A stretch of DNA of 64,000 bases from an uncultured Clostridium sp. (GTDB lineage Bacteria > Bacillota > Clostridia > Ch29), in assembly GCA_964625335.1 (NCBI GenBank), contig CAZVBE010000011.1:692-64691 (forward strand), written 5' to 3'. Positions 1 through 10,456 of the stretch are shown here, piece after piece. The position numbers and the translations under genes are program-made. The first letter of the stretch is position 1. Every line of letters begins with the position of its first letter. The notes under the pieces are model-generated. The model was not told the origin of the DNA. It worked only from the letters and a program-made list of their open reading frames with translations, and did no database searches.

Positions 1-1
1 C

Positions 2-1660
2 CAGGATGCTGTTAAGTTTCCGGATGTGGTTCACGCCATAAAGCCGGAACCGCACAATGAGATGCCCCAGGCCTCTGCGGCCCATGATACCTTTTGGGAT
101 TTTGTTGTCAGCACGCCAGAGACTGCTCATATGATTATATGGCTGCTCTCGGACAGGGCCATTCCCCGCAGCTTCCGCATGATGGAGGGGTTTGGAGTCA
201 ACACGTTCAGGTTTATTAACGACCAGGGCAAGGCGCGCTTTGTCAAGTTTCACTGGAAGCCCATGCTGGGGGTGCATTCCCTTGTCTGGGACGAGGCACA
301 GAAGCTGGCAGGCAAGGACCCTGACTATCACCGGCGGGATCTGTGGGAAGCTATTGAAATGGGCGAGTATCCAGAGTACGAGCTTGGAGTGCAGGTATTG
401 GAGGAAGAAGAGGAGTTCAGCTTCGGGTTTGATATCCTCGATCCTACCAAGTTCTGGCCGGAAGAAGAGATACCTGTCAGGCTTATTGGCAAGATGACTT
501 TAAACCGAAATGTAGACAATTTTTTTGCCGAAACCGAGCAGGTAGCTTTTTGTCCGGGTAATGTTGTACCGGGTATTGATTTTTCAAATGATCCCCTGTT
601 GCAGGGCAGGCTGTTCTCTTACCTCGACACCCAGCTTATCCGTCTGGGCGGGCCGAATTTTCATGAAATTCCAATCAACCGGCCGGTGTCTCCGGTACAC
701 AACAACCAGCGGGACGGTTACCACCGCATGACAATCGACAGCGGCAAGGTAAGTTATTTCCCGAATTCCCTCCAGGGGAACACTCCCCGGCCGGTACCGG
801 ATACAGAGAACGGATACATTCACCACGCCGAAAAGGTGGACGGACAGAAAGTACGCCAGCGAAGTAACAGCTTTAATGACCATTACAGCCAGGCAACCCT
901 TTTCTGGAACAGCATGTCGGAGCACGAGAAACAGCATATAGTAGAAGCTTTTCATTTCGAGGTCGGCAAGGTTAAAGACAAGCAGGTTAAGCAGAGGGTT
1001 GTGGACATGTTCAACAACGTGGACGGGCAGCTGGCAACCCGAATTGCTCAGGGTATCGGAGCAGCGGCGCCGGCGGCGCCCGGCGGGACCGGTATTACCG
1101 CTTCATCACCGGCGGTGAGCCAGGAGAACACCATCAGGGATGCAAGGACCAGAAAGGTTGCCATTCTGGCTGAAAACGGGTTTAATTTCACCGAGGTGGC
1201 TCAGGTGATGGACGCTTTGAAGGAAGCCGGAATACATGCGGAAATAATCAGCAAGGACCTGGGTATTAAAACAGGTGCCGACGGCCGGCAGCTGGAGGCG
1301 TCAAATAACTACATTACTGCCGGGTCAATTATGTACGATGCTGTGTATGTGCCGGGGGGGCAGCAGAGCGCAGCGAGCCTTGCGGCACAGGGTGATACGC
1401 TGCACTTTGTAAACGAGGCCTTTAGTCATGCGAAAGCAATTGGGGCAACCAATGAAGGGGTTGACCTGCTCGTTTCTTCACAGATTAAGGGGGTGGCACT
1501 GGCCGGAACCGACAACTATGGACAGCCTGTTACCGAACTGGGAGTGGTGACAATCCGAAACACATCGGATATGAACAGCTTCATCCGCGAATTCATAAAA
1601 GCCATAGTCCGGCACCGTCACTGGGCGCGCCAAAAACAGAAACAGGTGGTGCCCGCCTGA
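2..1660 (+). CDS. katE: Catalase HPII-like (large-subunit type, 5' partial; C-terminal DJ-1/PfpI-like domain)
   Basis: The reading frame is open from the window edge. Catalase motifs are present (FPDVVHAIKPEP, RLFSY, VNTFRF), and the roughly 160-aa C-terminal class-I GATase-like domain is typical of clade-2 catalases. A hairpin terminator follows. Confidence 0.9.
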   Translation, partial: QDAVKFPDVVHAIKPEPHNEMPQASAAHDTFWDFVVSTPETAHMIIWLLSDRAIPRSFRMMEGFGVNTFRFINDQGKARFVKFHWKPMLGVHSLVWDEAQKLAGKDPDYHRRDLWEAIEMGEYPEYELGVQVLEEEEEFSFGFDILDPTKFWPEEEIPVRLIGKMTLNRNVDNFFAETEQVAFCPGNVVPGIDFSNDPLLQGRLFSYLDTQLIRLGGPNFHEIPINRPVSPVHNNQRDGYHRMTIDSGKVSYFPNSLQGNTPRPVPDTENGYIHHAEKVDGQKVRQRSNSFNDHYSQATLFWNSMSEHEKQHIVEAFHFEVGKVKDKQVKQRVVDMFNNVDGQLATRIAQGIGAAAPAAPGGTGITASSPAVSQENTIRDARTRKVAILAENGFNFTEVAQVMDALKEAGIHAEIISKDLGIKTGADGRQLEASNNYITAGSIMYDAVYVPGGQQSAASLAAQGDTLHFVNEAFSHAKAIGATNEGVDLLVSSQIKGVALAGTDNYGQPVTELGVVTIRNTSDMNSFIREFIKAIVRHRHWARQKQKQVVPA

Positions 1661-1726
1661 TTAACATTATTTCAGCAGTCAGTCTGCCCGGGACTTTAAT
1701 CCCTTAACCTGTATCATACAGGGGCA

Positions 1727-1772
1727 GAAAAACCCTGAAACAGCCCGGAGCTGATTTCAGGGTTTTCCATTT
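1727..1772 (+). terminator. Rho-independent terminator after catalase
   Basis: The hairpin is ccctgaaacagcccggagctgatttcaggg followed by TTTTCC. Confidence 0.6.
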
Positions 1773-1903
1773 TTCAGACTGCAGATTATTTGCAGGAACA
1801 TATCCCCGGCCGTATAGAATATAACATATGAGGGTATTTATGATAAAATGAAAGAGAAAATAACCGGAGAAAGAGACAACGATGCCGGAATAAAAATGAA
1901 AAT

Positions 1904-2833
1904 TTGAGAAAAGGAGGGAGCGTTATACTGCAAACAATCAATAATGAAAACCAGGTACCGGCCCGGATGCCCAGAAACGATACTCTTAAGCTTATAGCAA
2001 TGGCAACGATGCTTATTGACCACATTGGCTATATGTTTTTTCCGCAGTACTTAATTTTCAGGTCGGTTGGAAGATTGGCGTTCCCTATATTTGCATATCA
2101 GCTGGCGGTTGGTTATGAGAAAACATCAAACTTAAAAAACTACGCGAAGAGGCTGTTTATATTCGGTCTCATATCCCAGATACCCTATTCGTTTTTTTCA
2201 CCGGAGCTTGAGTTTAAGCCCTTTAACCTGAATATAATGTTTACATTGCTGCTGGCATTGGGCGTTGTTTACCTGTACGACCTGGGCAGGGTAAAGCTGA
2301 AAGAATACAGGGAGAGTAAAGACATAAAAAAGGTGATTTATGGTGCGGGTATTCTGTTTGCAGCCTTTATTACAGTGATTTCTCCTGAAGTGCTGGAGAT
2401 TGTCTGTGAAGCCCGGCTGGATTATGGATTTTACGGACTATTGCTTGTCATGATATTTCATCTGTTTAAGGACAGCAAAGCCAGAACGGTTTTGAGTTAT
2501 ATTATACTATCCTTTATATACACCTATGTTTACGGTGCGAAGGTTTTATCGGCAAACTCCTTAAACTGGTTTGGGGAGCATTATGATATATGGGAAAGCC
2601 TTTCAAGCTTTGGCCTGGTGTGGCAAAATATAGTGTATTACAATAACGGATTAATCAGGCTTGAAGGATACTTCTTCCAGGCCAGAAGTATTTTTGCCCT
2701 GATACCCATATATCTGTCCGACAGTTTTATCGGCAGGATCAGACTTAACAAGTATACCGCATACTGGTTCTATCCTGTGCATATAGCTATCCTCGTATTA
2801 GCTGCCTGTTTATCAAGGGGGTTTCCCCGGTGA
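1904..2833 (+). CDS. TraX family membrane protein
   Basis: Multiple TM segments are present. The N-terminal signature LKLIAMATMLIDHIGYMFFP is characteristic of TraX-family proteins. The true start may be the ATG near 1967. Confidence 0.7.
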   Translation: MRKGGSVILQTINNENQVPARMPRNDTLKLIAMATMLIDHIGYMFFPQYLIFRSVGRLAFPIFAYQLAVGYEKTSNLKNYAKRLFIFGLISQIPYSFFSPELEFKPFNLNIMFTLLLALGVVYLYDLGRVKLKEYRESKDIKKVIYGAGILFAAFITVISPEVLEIVCEARLDYGFYGLLLVMIFHLFKDSKARTVLSYIILSFIYTYVYGAKVLSANSLNWFGEHYDIWESLSSFGLVWQNIVYYNNGLIRLEGYFFQARSIFALIPIYLSDSFIGRIRLNKYTAYWFYPVHIAILVLAACLSRGFPR

Positions 2834-2873
2834 CATCTGAATATCAACGGATTTATCCCCCTGGCAGCCTTTG

Positions 2874-3923
2874 TTATTTCTTTATTTCCCTCATCATGTT
2901 TTCGGCAAACAGTTTCGCTTCCTCCTCTATACCGGGAACGGCTGCTATTTCTCCCGGGTTGTTTGCAATAGCCATTATTGCGAAATAGGGGGGGAGTCTG
3001 AAGCTTTTGTTAATGTTCAGGGCGCCTATAAGCTGTCTGGCTATCGAATCGCTTCCCGAGTTGCCGGATACTATTACCGCAAACATAGTCTTGTCAAAAA
3101 ACTTCTTTCTCCTGTACAAAGCTGTGAGCCGGTTAATTACAGCCATAAGGTTTGCCGAAACCGAGTCGTTATAATTGGGGCATATCCATACCACCACGTC
3201 GGCCCTCTCAATTTCGGGCAGTATTTCCTCTGCCATCACTCCGCCGTAAAAACAGCTTTTTTGCCGGCTGTAGTGTTTACATGTCTTATAGGTGCATCCC
3301 TTGCAATCGAGTACCGTGCCGTTTTCCACATGCAGCTCTGCAATATCATCAAAGAACAGGTGTTTTTTTGTCATATTCCAGAGCATAAGGGTGTTTGACG
3401 TATTATGGGAGCTGGCATGGACAGCCAGTACCCTTGGTTTTTCTATTGTTGCAATATTATCCTGAAAAAGCCGTTCCCCCAGGTCCCGGCAAAGGCGGCT
3501 GCAAATCTCCTCAAGGGGCCGGTCGAGTTTTTTTTGCCAGGTCAGCAAGTTGGTAAGGCCTTCTGTTGCTTCAATAACCGGATTGCCGGGAAAACGGCAG
3601 CCCAAACGGTTTGCAAGAAAAATAATATTCTGCGCGGCACTTTTGGTAAAAAGGTCGTTGCTGCTGTGTATCAGGAGCGCTGCCGAGCAGCCCTGCAATG
3701 CATCCCTTCCCCTTTTGGACAGCTTGTCAAATAACTGCATAATGGGAATGCTAAATCCGGTCTGGTCGAGTTCTGCCGCAAACAGTATTTTTTTGCCCTG
3801 CAGGTCGGGAAGGCTGTCTGTACCGGTTAAGGTTCTTGCGGGAATACCGTCTGTAGCCGCTTTGACCATTACAGAGAGCCTATGGGACATAGGCCCGGGA
3901 GCAATAAGGTATACGGTTTTCAC
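2874..3923 (-). CDS. Flavodoxin-like / NADPH-dependent FMN reductase family iron-sulfur flavoprotein (two flavodoxin-like halves)
   Basis: The C-terminal half carries a Cys cluster (LDCKGCTYKTCKHY...C) and an FMN-reductase-like core typical of Isf-type flavoproteins. It overlaps the upstream gene by 4 bp (ATGA), giving an operon with 3920..5161 and 5175..10211. Confidence 0.6.
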   Translation of the reverse strand: MKTVYLIAPGPMSHRLSVMVKAATDGIPARTLTGTDSLPDLQGKKILFAAELDQTGFSIPIMQLFDKLSKRGRDALQGCSAALLIHSSNDLFTKSAAQNIIFLANRLGCRFPGNPVIEATEGLTNLLTWQKKLDRPLEEICSRLCRDLGERLFQDNIATIEKPRVLAVHASSHNTSNTLMLWNMTKKHLFFDDIAELHVENGTVLDCKGCTYKTCKHYSRQKSCFYGGVMAEEILPEIERADVVVWICPNYNDSVSANLMAVINRLTALYRRKKFFDKTMFAVIVSGNSGSDSIARQLIGALNINKSFRLPPYFAIMAIANNPGEIAAVPGIEEEAKLFAENMMREIKK

Positions 3924-5161
3924 AGCATTTCACCCAGCCTTTCGTAGGTTTTCTTAATCCTGTCATACAGAGGTGCGGGCAGATCAAGTGCTTCCACCTC
4001 TGTTCCCGAACCCAGCAGCCTGTTCCGGGAGCCCATATATACCCCGCCGATAAAGGTGGAACTGTAGTGCCACATGCCCTTTATCAGGGCTATAAGAGAC
4101 AGGCTGCCCGACGACAGGGCCGGTGCCACGTAGGGTTTATAACCCTCGCTGCGGACATACATATTGGCGTTACAGGCTTTTTCGGTAAGAAACAGCGACA
4201 GCTCCTCATTATAGTTTTTTATGCTGTCGGCGATAACAAGCCCTTCACCGTGGGGGCCAAAGGCCCTTCCTTCTTCGGAAAAATGGGCGCTTTCGGGAGA
4301 GCGCATGGCGAAATAGGCGGCCCGGGCATACATTACCCCCAGTCCGTAGCCCCTAATTTGTTCCGGAGCAAGTCCGCCAAAGTCTAAGCTGCCTTTGCTG
4401 TCGGTATTGCTCTCTGTAAAGGCTGTCTTGCATAACAAATCAACGGGATCCGAGACCACAGCAAAAACACCCTTGAAACCGGCCTCTCTGGCCTTTTTTG
4501 CGTAGGCGGCCACTATCGGTGAGTTGCCCTTAAGCTGCGCCATCCTGACATCCGCAGGGGCGCTTCCTACCGGCGGCACCCCCGCCGATATGCAAAAGAC
4601 AAACAGGTCGCAGTCAAAGACTTCATCCTCCTTTAGCATATAGACCGGCGGGCCGGCGACGCTGTTACCGGGGGCAAGTATCTGATTGGCTTCGTATTCC
4701 CATCTTTTCATATTGCTTAAGCTTCTGCTGTATATTCCAATGCCGGATATGCGGTTGCCCCCCAGCAGGCGCAGGCCGGTAAGCAGCATTCCGCCCACAT
4801 CTCCAAGCCCTGCTATGTTGACCCTCCATTTTCCCGGCAGGGCGCAGGCAGGTAGGTCACGCCAGTTCGGATATGTCGTATTTACCGATGTTACATTCCT
4901 TTTTTCTATGGCATCAAGCAGCCAGCCGGGCAGGTTGGAAGGCCCGTCTCTTCGTAACAGTATTTCTATTCCCTCTTTGTCCGGGAATGCCAGCGAGGGC
5001 CGGGATACACAAAAAGCTTTTCTGGAGCTTGACGGCTCCAGGCTGTTCAGGGTATAAACACTGCCCGTACAGTCCGATGCCCGGGCCTGGGATATTTCCT
5101 TTATCCCGGCGTATTTGTGTTTTGACACCAGGATTTTGCCCTGGCATTCATAATAGAACAT
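3920..5161 (-). CDS. L-lactate/malate dehydrogenase family protein with ~110-aa N-terminal extension
   Basis: It has a Rossmann GxGxxG (NIAGLGDVGGM), an NPVD-like motif (VVSDPVDLL) and a catalytic His region (FGPHGEGLVIADS, compare GEHGDS of LDH). Confidence 0.55.
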   Translation of the reverse strand: MFYYECQGKILVSKHKYAGIKEISQARASDCTGSVYTLNSLEPSSSRKAFCVSRPSLAFPDKEGIEILLRRDGPSNLPGWLLDAIEKRNVTSVNTTYPNWRDLPACALPGKWRVNIAGLGDVGGMLLTGLRLLGGNRISGIGIYSRSLSNMKRWEYEANQILAPGNSVAGPPVYMLKEDEVFDCDLFVFCISAGVPPVGSAPADVRMAQLKGNSPIVAAYAKKAREAGFKGVFAVVSDPVDLLCKTAFTESNTDSKGSLDFGGLAPEQIRGYGLGVMYARAAYFAMRSPESAHFSEEGRAFGPHGEGLVIADSIKNYNEELSLFLTEKACNANMYVRSEGYKPYVAPALSSGSLSLIALIKGMWHYSSTFIGGVYMGSRNRLLGSGTEVEALDLPAPLYDRIKKTYERLGEML

Positions 5162-5174
5162 GGGATTACCTCCG

Positions 5175-8100
5175 TCACTTAATTATGGTATGTTCAATGC
5201 GTTTTAACGCTTCCAGGTCATTAAGCAGGTAATGGGACGGATTTATGTTAATATCGTATCTTATATTGGGGCCGCGGTCGGGGCACCGGGGAGGGTTGAC
5301 CACTTCGCCCAAAAGGTCCAAAGTCAGACTACGTTCATTCATCACCTGGTATTCTTCCTCAAGGGCCGTCATTATATCAATGGAGTTATTGATACATGTT
5401 TCGGACAGCGCGAAAATTGACCTGTTGGATACATCGTTGATAAAGGTGGGGGAGGTATAGGGCAGGATCATATTTACCGAGGGTATAAGATTCCATTGGG
5501 GGTATATGCCCCTCCACAGGGTATCCCCGCCAAGGAAGGGATATAAGGCGCTTTCATAGAACCATGCCCGCAGCCTCGGAACAAAGTAGGCGCTGTCCAC
5601 ATCCCTGTTCTGGATATCCATTAGTTCCTTGCCCCGTCCGGACAGTATTCCTACTATGAATTTTTTAACCCTAATTCCCTCCCGCTTAAGTAAGGGATCG
5701 AGGGCTTTAAACCTGTAACCCTTATGCAGCAGATTGTCCACCAGTATTATTTGACGGTTGAAAGAGCGCAGCATTTTTATCTGGGTTTCCAAGTCCAGAT
5801 AATAGGGGAAGGGTCCAATTCTGAAGGATTTCATATGTGGCTGAAACAGCTTCTCGGTATGGAGGGATTTGGTCACCGTGTTTGGCACAATCTGATTGTT
5901 CAGGATAGTGCCAAAGGGAACGCACACAGAGGAGCCCAGCTTTCTGGGGACCGAAGGAACAGTATCCACTCCGTTTTCAGCGCAAATCTTTTTGGTGAGA
6001 TTTTGATTAAGCATTCCCATATCAAAGGACAGCAGCAGTTTCCCGGGGTACAGGCCGGAGAGGGCTCTTTGCAGCCTTTTCCTGGAACGGCAAACCGCCT
6101 GTTTTACATTGTCGTTATTCCTGAAGGATTCCTTAATTATCGTTGACACGTCCAGGTTAAGGGTGCAGGGGACGTTCATATCAACCAGGTATATGGGCTG
6201 GTGCTGATTGCCAAAATACAGCTTTTCAAACCCCTGCAGCTCAAGTACTTCTTCCACTGCCCGGGAAGAATAATCTTCAATGGTGTTTCTGAATACGGCA
6301 TAGTTGTAATCCTTTGCAAGGCAGTAGCAGAGGGTTTCGGTGAGAATTATCTGTTCAAGATTGTCATGGCCGCACTTTTGGTCGGTAAATATACCGTCTA
6401 TTACCACTATTCTGCCTACGGTATTATCCCTTATATACTCGGAGGCCATGTTGTTCTGGAACTCTTTGAAAAGCATGCTCAGACGCACCCAGTGAAATAG
6501 TGAAAAGCCCAGTATCCTGCCCCCGTTATTTTTTTCCTTAAGCAGCAAAACCCGGGGAGAGGACTTGTTTGAGAAGGCTGTAAGCTTTTTTTGCGCCTCC
6601 TTGCTGTCTGCAAACATTTGGGCAGAAAGTTTTTCAAGAAGTTCCTGCCTGGGGTTTTCAATAATTTCCATATCTATGGACACGGGGCTTACAGGGGCTT
6701 TGTACTGGGGCTCTCTCCTGTACAGGCCGCTCATGTATATATACTTCTGGGCCAGAGGGTCCACCAGCATTGATATATCCCTGTTTTGGTCAATATAGGT
6801 TCTGATTTGGGTTGAACTTATGTCTTCATATTGCGGAGGCAGTGACAGCGTTATTATCTCTCCTTCTATCCTGCCCATTTTTCTGTCCAGTTTTTTGTCG
6901 TCTTCTTCGGATGAAAGGGCGCTCCTTCTGTCAAATACTATGTGCGGGAAGGTGTGTATTGAATCCGGGCTTTTCTTATCCTTGTATCCTGAAGCGTGCA
7001 GTATCACATCGCTGCCTACGACTATGTATACTTCAGAGTTGGGGAAGCTTTCTCTTAGAGCCCGCAAATCCTCGGGATATGCAATATTTACGGGTATATC
7101 CTCGGGGTACAGGAATATACCGGGCTGATCGGCGATGGACATATTGATTATATTCCTGCGGGTAAGATTGGGCTGGGTTCTTTTGGACCATGAAAATTCA
7201 TCAATCGCAAGGAATACTTCAAAGCCAAGCCGGCGTATCTCCTTTGCAATCTCCTTGTGACCCAGCGAAAAGGGGTCAAAGGTACCCGGGAAAAAGGCTA
7301 TCTTTTGCGGGTGCTTAAGGTCTATGCTGCCGTAATGGAAGGTATAGGCGGATATGAACTTGTATATACTGTTTAACGCCGATGAATTGATAAACAGCAG
7401 CAGTTCACTGTCCCTGTTGTCCGGCAGCAGGGTCAGTATCTTTTTCGCGGTCCGCCTAAATATATGGTTTTTCTGCTCCATATCAAGGTATTCGGAGCCG
7501 TATATTTCCTTGCCAATTACACTGAAGGCAATCTGCCTGATCCGCTGGTCGTAATTGACCAGTCCGCCCAGTAAAATTCCCAGCATCTTGGCCAGCCTGC
7601 TCTCGTAAAACTCGTCGGCCTGGGGAAAAAGCTGCCTGTATTTAAGATAATAGGATAGGGTTATTCCTGCCGTTTTGAGTATGAGGGAGTTAATACCCAG
7701 TCCTGACTGTTTGGTTTTTTCAGTCAGGTAGTCGAGAATCTCGTCCAGCTCCACCGGCTGAAGGTAGAGTATCAACTGTCCCAGGTAATAAGGAATGTAC
7801 TTGGTGAACTGGTGGCCCTCAAGTTCCAGGGACCTGACCAGTTCCACCGCAATATCGTTTCTCTGCTCGAGGTTTAGGTGGGGGATTATGCGGATAAGCG
7901 CATCCCCTGCGCCAATACGCACATCTTCAACGGGGCTGACCTTTATAAGATTGCAAAAGTGCATGGCGGTATAAAAGGCGTTGTTCTTGTCATTGCTCAG
8001 GGTATGCTCCAGTAAAAGCTCCACCTGTATCTTTTTTGCAATCTTGCCGGTGGCAGTTTTAAGGTTGCTTAGAAAAATATCCGAAATACTGTCCAGGTCT

Positions 8101-10211
8101 TCACGGCAGTATGCATTGTACTTTTCGATTGTCGGGCGCCCAAGCCGAAGAAGCTGCGCTATCTTAAACTTAAGATAGTTTTCGGCAGGAAGGTCCGACC
8201 GGCTGGTATTCTGGGTTAACAGCTCTTTTAAACCTTGTGCCTGCCTGCAATCTGTTCCAAGGCTTAATATAAGGCTGCGGACAGCATCAAGGGCGGACAA
8301 ACGCAGACTGTTATCAGCTGAAAAAATTCTTTCAAGGGCGAAATCCGTCATTATTTCCAGCTGCTTTCTCTCGCAAGCGGCGGGGACGGATTTAAGCGTC
8401 TCCAGCAAATAGAATTGAGTCTGGAGTTCGGTTGCAGGGTATTTGGAATAGTACTTGCATAAAATCTCCGTATAACTATTTACCGTTTGCGGCTTGCATT
8501 GGGCAAAAAGGGAGGCTACCATTACGTTCAGACCGTATCCTATCCAGCTGCGATGAATGGGAATAATTTTATGGTCGGGGTCAATAAAGGCATCAAGATA
8601 CCTTTGCAGCAGCTGGCAGCTTGTAATGTCGGGAGTGTCCAGAACTGCATCCGGAGGCACTTCCTTGTGGTATTCCTCGTCAAAGGTTGCAATAAGCGTT
8701 CCTATCAGCTCGCTGCAGTGCCTTCTGATATCATCCTCCGGGTGGGTTAATTGCTCATACAAAAATTTTATGGTGATTAGTTTTTGTTTTTGCGTCAGAT
8801 AGGTGGAGTAGTCCTCGAATATGCGCAAATATTCCCGCAAGCTTTTCCAATTCTTTTCACTGCGGGCGGATTCCAGTATTGCGTTTAGTGAAAACTCGTT
8901 CCGAAGCCTGTACATGGTGTTAATGTTATGTCGTATTGACTGGTACTTTAAATTTTGTACCACCTGCTGCCCGTGCATCAGGGCATAATAACCCCTGGCC
9001 TTCGGGAGAGAGATTGGGGTATCCGCCCGGGTGTCGGGGTCTGTTCTTATACCCAGGCTTACCATATAGTCCTCAAAATCCTTGAGTTTTGCAAACACCT
9101 TTCTGTATCTCTTCTCCTTTTTATCATCCAGGTTATCCAGCTTCCCGAGTACTATATCAAAGGAATCCGCCAGGGAAAACATGTGCATCCTGCCCTTGTT
9201 TTTCCCGCAGGGGCTGGTTTTTACCCTGAAATCCGAATAGATGAGGATAAGGGATTCGAGGGACAGATTTTCGATTTCGAGGTCCCAGGTGGAATGATTT
9301 ATAGCAATATTTCTTATATATACAATACCGTGTTTTTTAAACCACTGGTCGGTATAATAATAGTGCAGGTAGGGGACTCTTTTCAGTTCGGCGCCTCTGC
9401 AGCCGTATTTTCCAATGTCGTGTCCTGCTGCGGCTCCCGAAACTCTTCCGAGGTCTGTAGGCAGCCCCAATTCCTTGAACTGACGAGCTATAAACAGGGA
9501 AAGGTAATGTACCCCGCATATATGGTCGAGGGTATTGTGACCCATAAGCTCTCCATTTAATTTCATCATTTCGTATATATATTCACTGTCAAAGGCTTTT
9601 AAGAAAAGCCGGTATTCATCAGGGTCTTCCAGCTCGGCCTGCTCACCCGGCGATAATGGTTCAAGGGGGTATTTGCTCTGCCAGGTGCCGTCATCCGAGG
9701 ATTGCTGCAGATTGCAAATTTTCCTGAGCATTTGCAGATACACGCTGCACGCACCGTCAAGGCTGTTGTTTAAGCTGGTTTCCAGCGCCTGGGGGAAGGA
9801 TTTGCCTATGGCATACTGGTATATGTATTCCAGCCAGTTGTCGGGGACGTCATTGCCGGCCAGTTCATTAAGCATATCCCTGCACAGCTCGAAGACTGCG
9901 CTGCAGCTGTAATCCCTGGTTTTGAGCATTTTGTCCATTTGTTTGACAAAGGAGGCTTTCTCAATATGTTTTTTTATGAACGCCCTGTTTATGGTATCGG
10001 GGTAGGCTTTTTTCAGCTCCAAAAGGGATGCGAAAAACTCTCTGTTAAGATCGGACAGCAAAGCGTTATCCATAGAAATACTCCTTTCTTTACCGGGACA
10101 GTTTTTATTCTCTCTTTGATTAGGGTTTTCTACACATAAGCGGCGTATTCCTCCACTGCAAAAAAAAGAATGGTCAGGAAAAAGCAGTGAAATGTGGAAA
10201 GGGAGTTTCAC
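5175..10211 (-). CDS. Giant 1678-aa multidomain protein: HD phosphohydrolase domain + helical (HEAT-like) repeats + HIGH-motif nucleotidyltransferase (NMNAT/NadD-like) + type I PRTase-like C-terminal domain
   Basis: The HD motif GAAAGHDIGKYG with the preceding HICGVH lies at about nt 9405-9440. The HIGH-motif nucleotidyltransferase signature KIAFFPGTFDPFSLGHKEIA lies at about nt 7270-7320. The PRPP-loop-like IILVDNLLHKGYRF...GIRVKKFIVGILSG lies at about nt 5700-5790. It is a single uninterrupted ORF with only a 14-nt gap to the downstream LDH-like gene. Confidence 0.6.
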   Translation of the reverse strand: MKLPFHISLLFPDHSFFCSGGIRRLCVENPNQRENKNCPGKERSISMDNALLSDLNREFFASLLELKKAYPDTINRAFIKKHIEKASFVKQMDKMLKTRDYSCSAVFELCRDMLNELAGNDVPDNWLEYIYQYAIGKSFPQALETSLNNSLDGACSVYLQMLRKICNLQQSSDDGTWQSKYPLEPLSPGEQAELEDPDEYRLFLKAFDSEYIYEMMKLNGELMGHNTLDHICGVHYLSLFIARQFKELGLPTDLGRVSGAAAGHDIGKYGCRGAELKRVPYLHYYYTDQWFKKHGIVYIRNIAINHSTWDLEIENLSLESLILIYSDFRVKTSPCGKNKGRMHMFSLADSFDIVLGKLDNLDDKKEKRYRKVFAKLKDFEDYMVSLGIRTDPDTRADTPISLPKARGYYALMHGQQVVQNLKYQSIRHNINTMYRLRNEFSLNAILESARSEKNWKSLREYLRIFEDYSTYLTQKQKLITIKFLYEQLTHPEDDIRRHCSELIGTLIATFDEEYHKEVPPDAVLDTPDITSCQLLQRYLDAFIDPDHKIIPIHRSWIGYGLNVMVASLFAQCKPQTVNSYTEILCKYYSKYPATELQTQFYLLETLKSVPAACERKQLEIMTDFALERIFSADNSLRLSALDAVRSLILSLGTDCRQAQGLKELLTQNTSRSDLPAENYLKFKIAQLLRLGRPTIEKYNAYCREDLDSISDIFLSNLKTATGKIAKKIQVELLLEHTLSNDKNNAFYTAMHFCNLIKVSPVEDVRIGAGDALIRIIPHLNLEQRNDIAVELVRSLELEGHQFTKYIPYYLGQLILYLQPVELDEILDYLTEKTKQSGLGINSLILKTAGITLSYYLKYRQLFPQADEFYESRLAKMLGILLGGLVNYDQRIRQIAFSVIGKEIYGSEYLDMEQKNHIFRRTAKKILTLLPDNRDSELLLFINSSALNSIYKFISAYTFHYGSIDLKHPQKIAFFPGTFDPFSLGHKEIAKEIRRLGFEVFLAIDEFSWSKRTQPNLTRRNIINMSIADQPGIFLYPEDIPVNIAYPEDLRALRESFPNSEVYIVVGSDVILHASGYKDKKSPDSIHTFPHIVFDRRSALSSEEDDKKLDRKMGRIEGEIITLSLPPQYEDISSTQIRTYIDQNRDISMLVDPLAQKYIYMSGLYRREPQYKAPVSPVSIDMEIIENPRQELLEKLSAQMFADSKEAQKKLTAFSNKSSPRVLLLKEKNNGGRILGFSLFHWVRLSMLFKEFQNNMASEYIRDNTVGRIVVIDGIFTDQKCGHDNLEQIILTETLCYCLAKDYNYAVFRNTIEDYSSRAVEEVLELQGFEKLYFGNQHQPIYLVDMNVPCTLNLDVSTIIKESFRNNDNVKQAVCRSRKRLQRALSGLYPGKLLLSFDMGMLNQNLTKKICAENGVDTVPSVPRKLGSSVCVPFGTILNNQIVPNTVTKSLHTEKLFQPHMKSFRIGPFPYYLDLETQIKMLRSFNRQIILVDNLLHKGYRFKALDPLLKREGIRVKKFIVGILSGRGKELMDIQNRDVDSAYFVPRLRAWFYESALYPFLGGDTLWRGIYPQWNLIPSVNMILPYTSPTFINDVSNRSIFALSETCINNSIDIMTALEEEYQVMNERSLTLDLLGEVVNPPRCPDRGPNIRYDININPSHYLLNDLEALKRIEHTIIK

Positions 10212-10456
10212 TTTTGCTTTTGCCTGCCAGTAGTGTCCGGTTATCCCCGGATTTTTTTGTATAAGCCAAAACGGGTTAACTCCACTTAAGGCTTTGTAAT
10301 ATCTGACGGTTTAAGGCCGCTTATGTTCCTGACCGAATTGGTATGCTCATAGGGTTGGGTGAAAAATCCGGTTAATCATGGTTAACGGTTTGGCAAAAAG
10401 AGTATAATATAACTATATGGAAAATTTATAACAAACCAATACAGAGGTGTAAGAAT

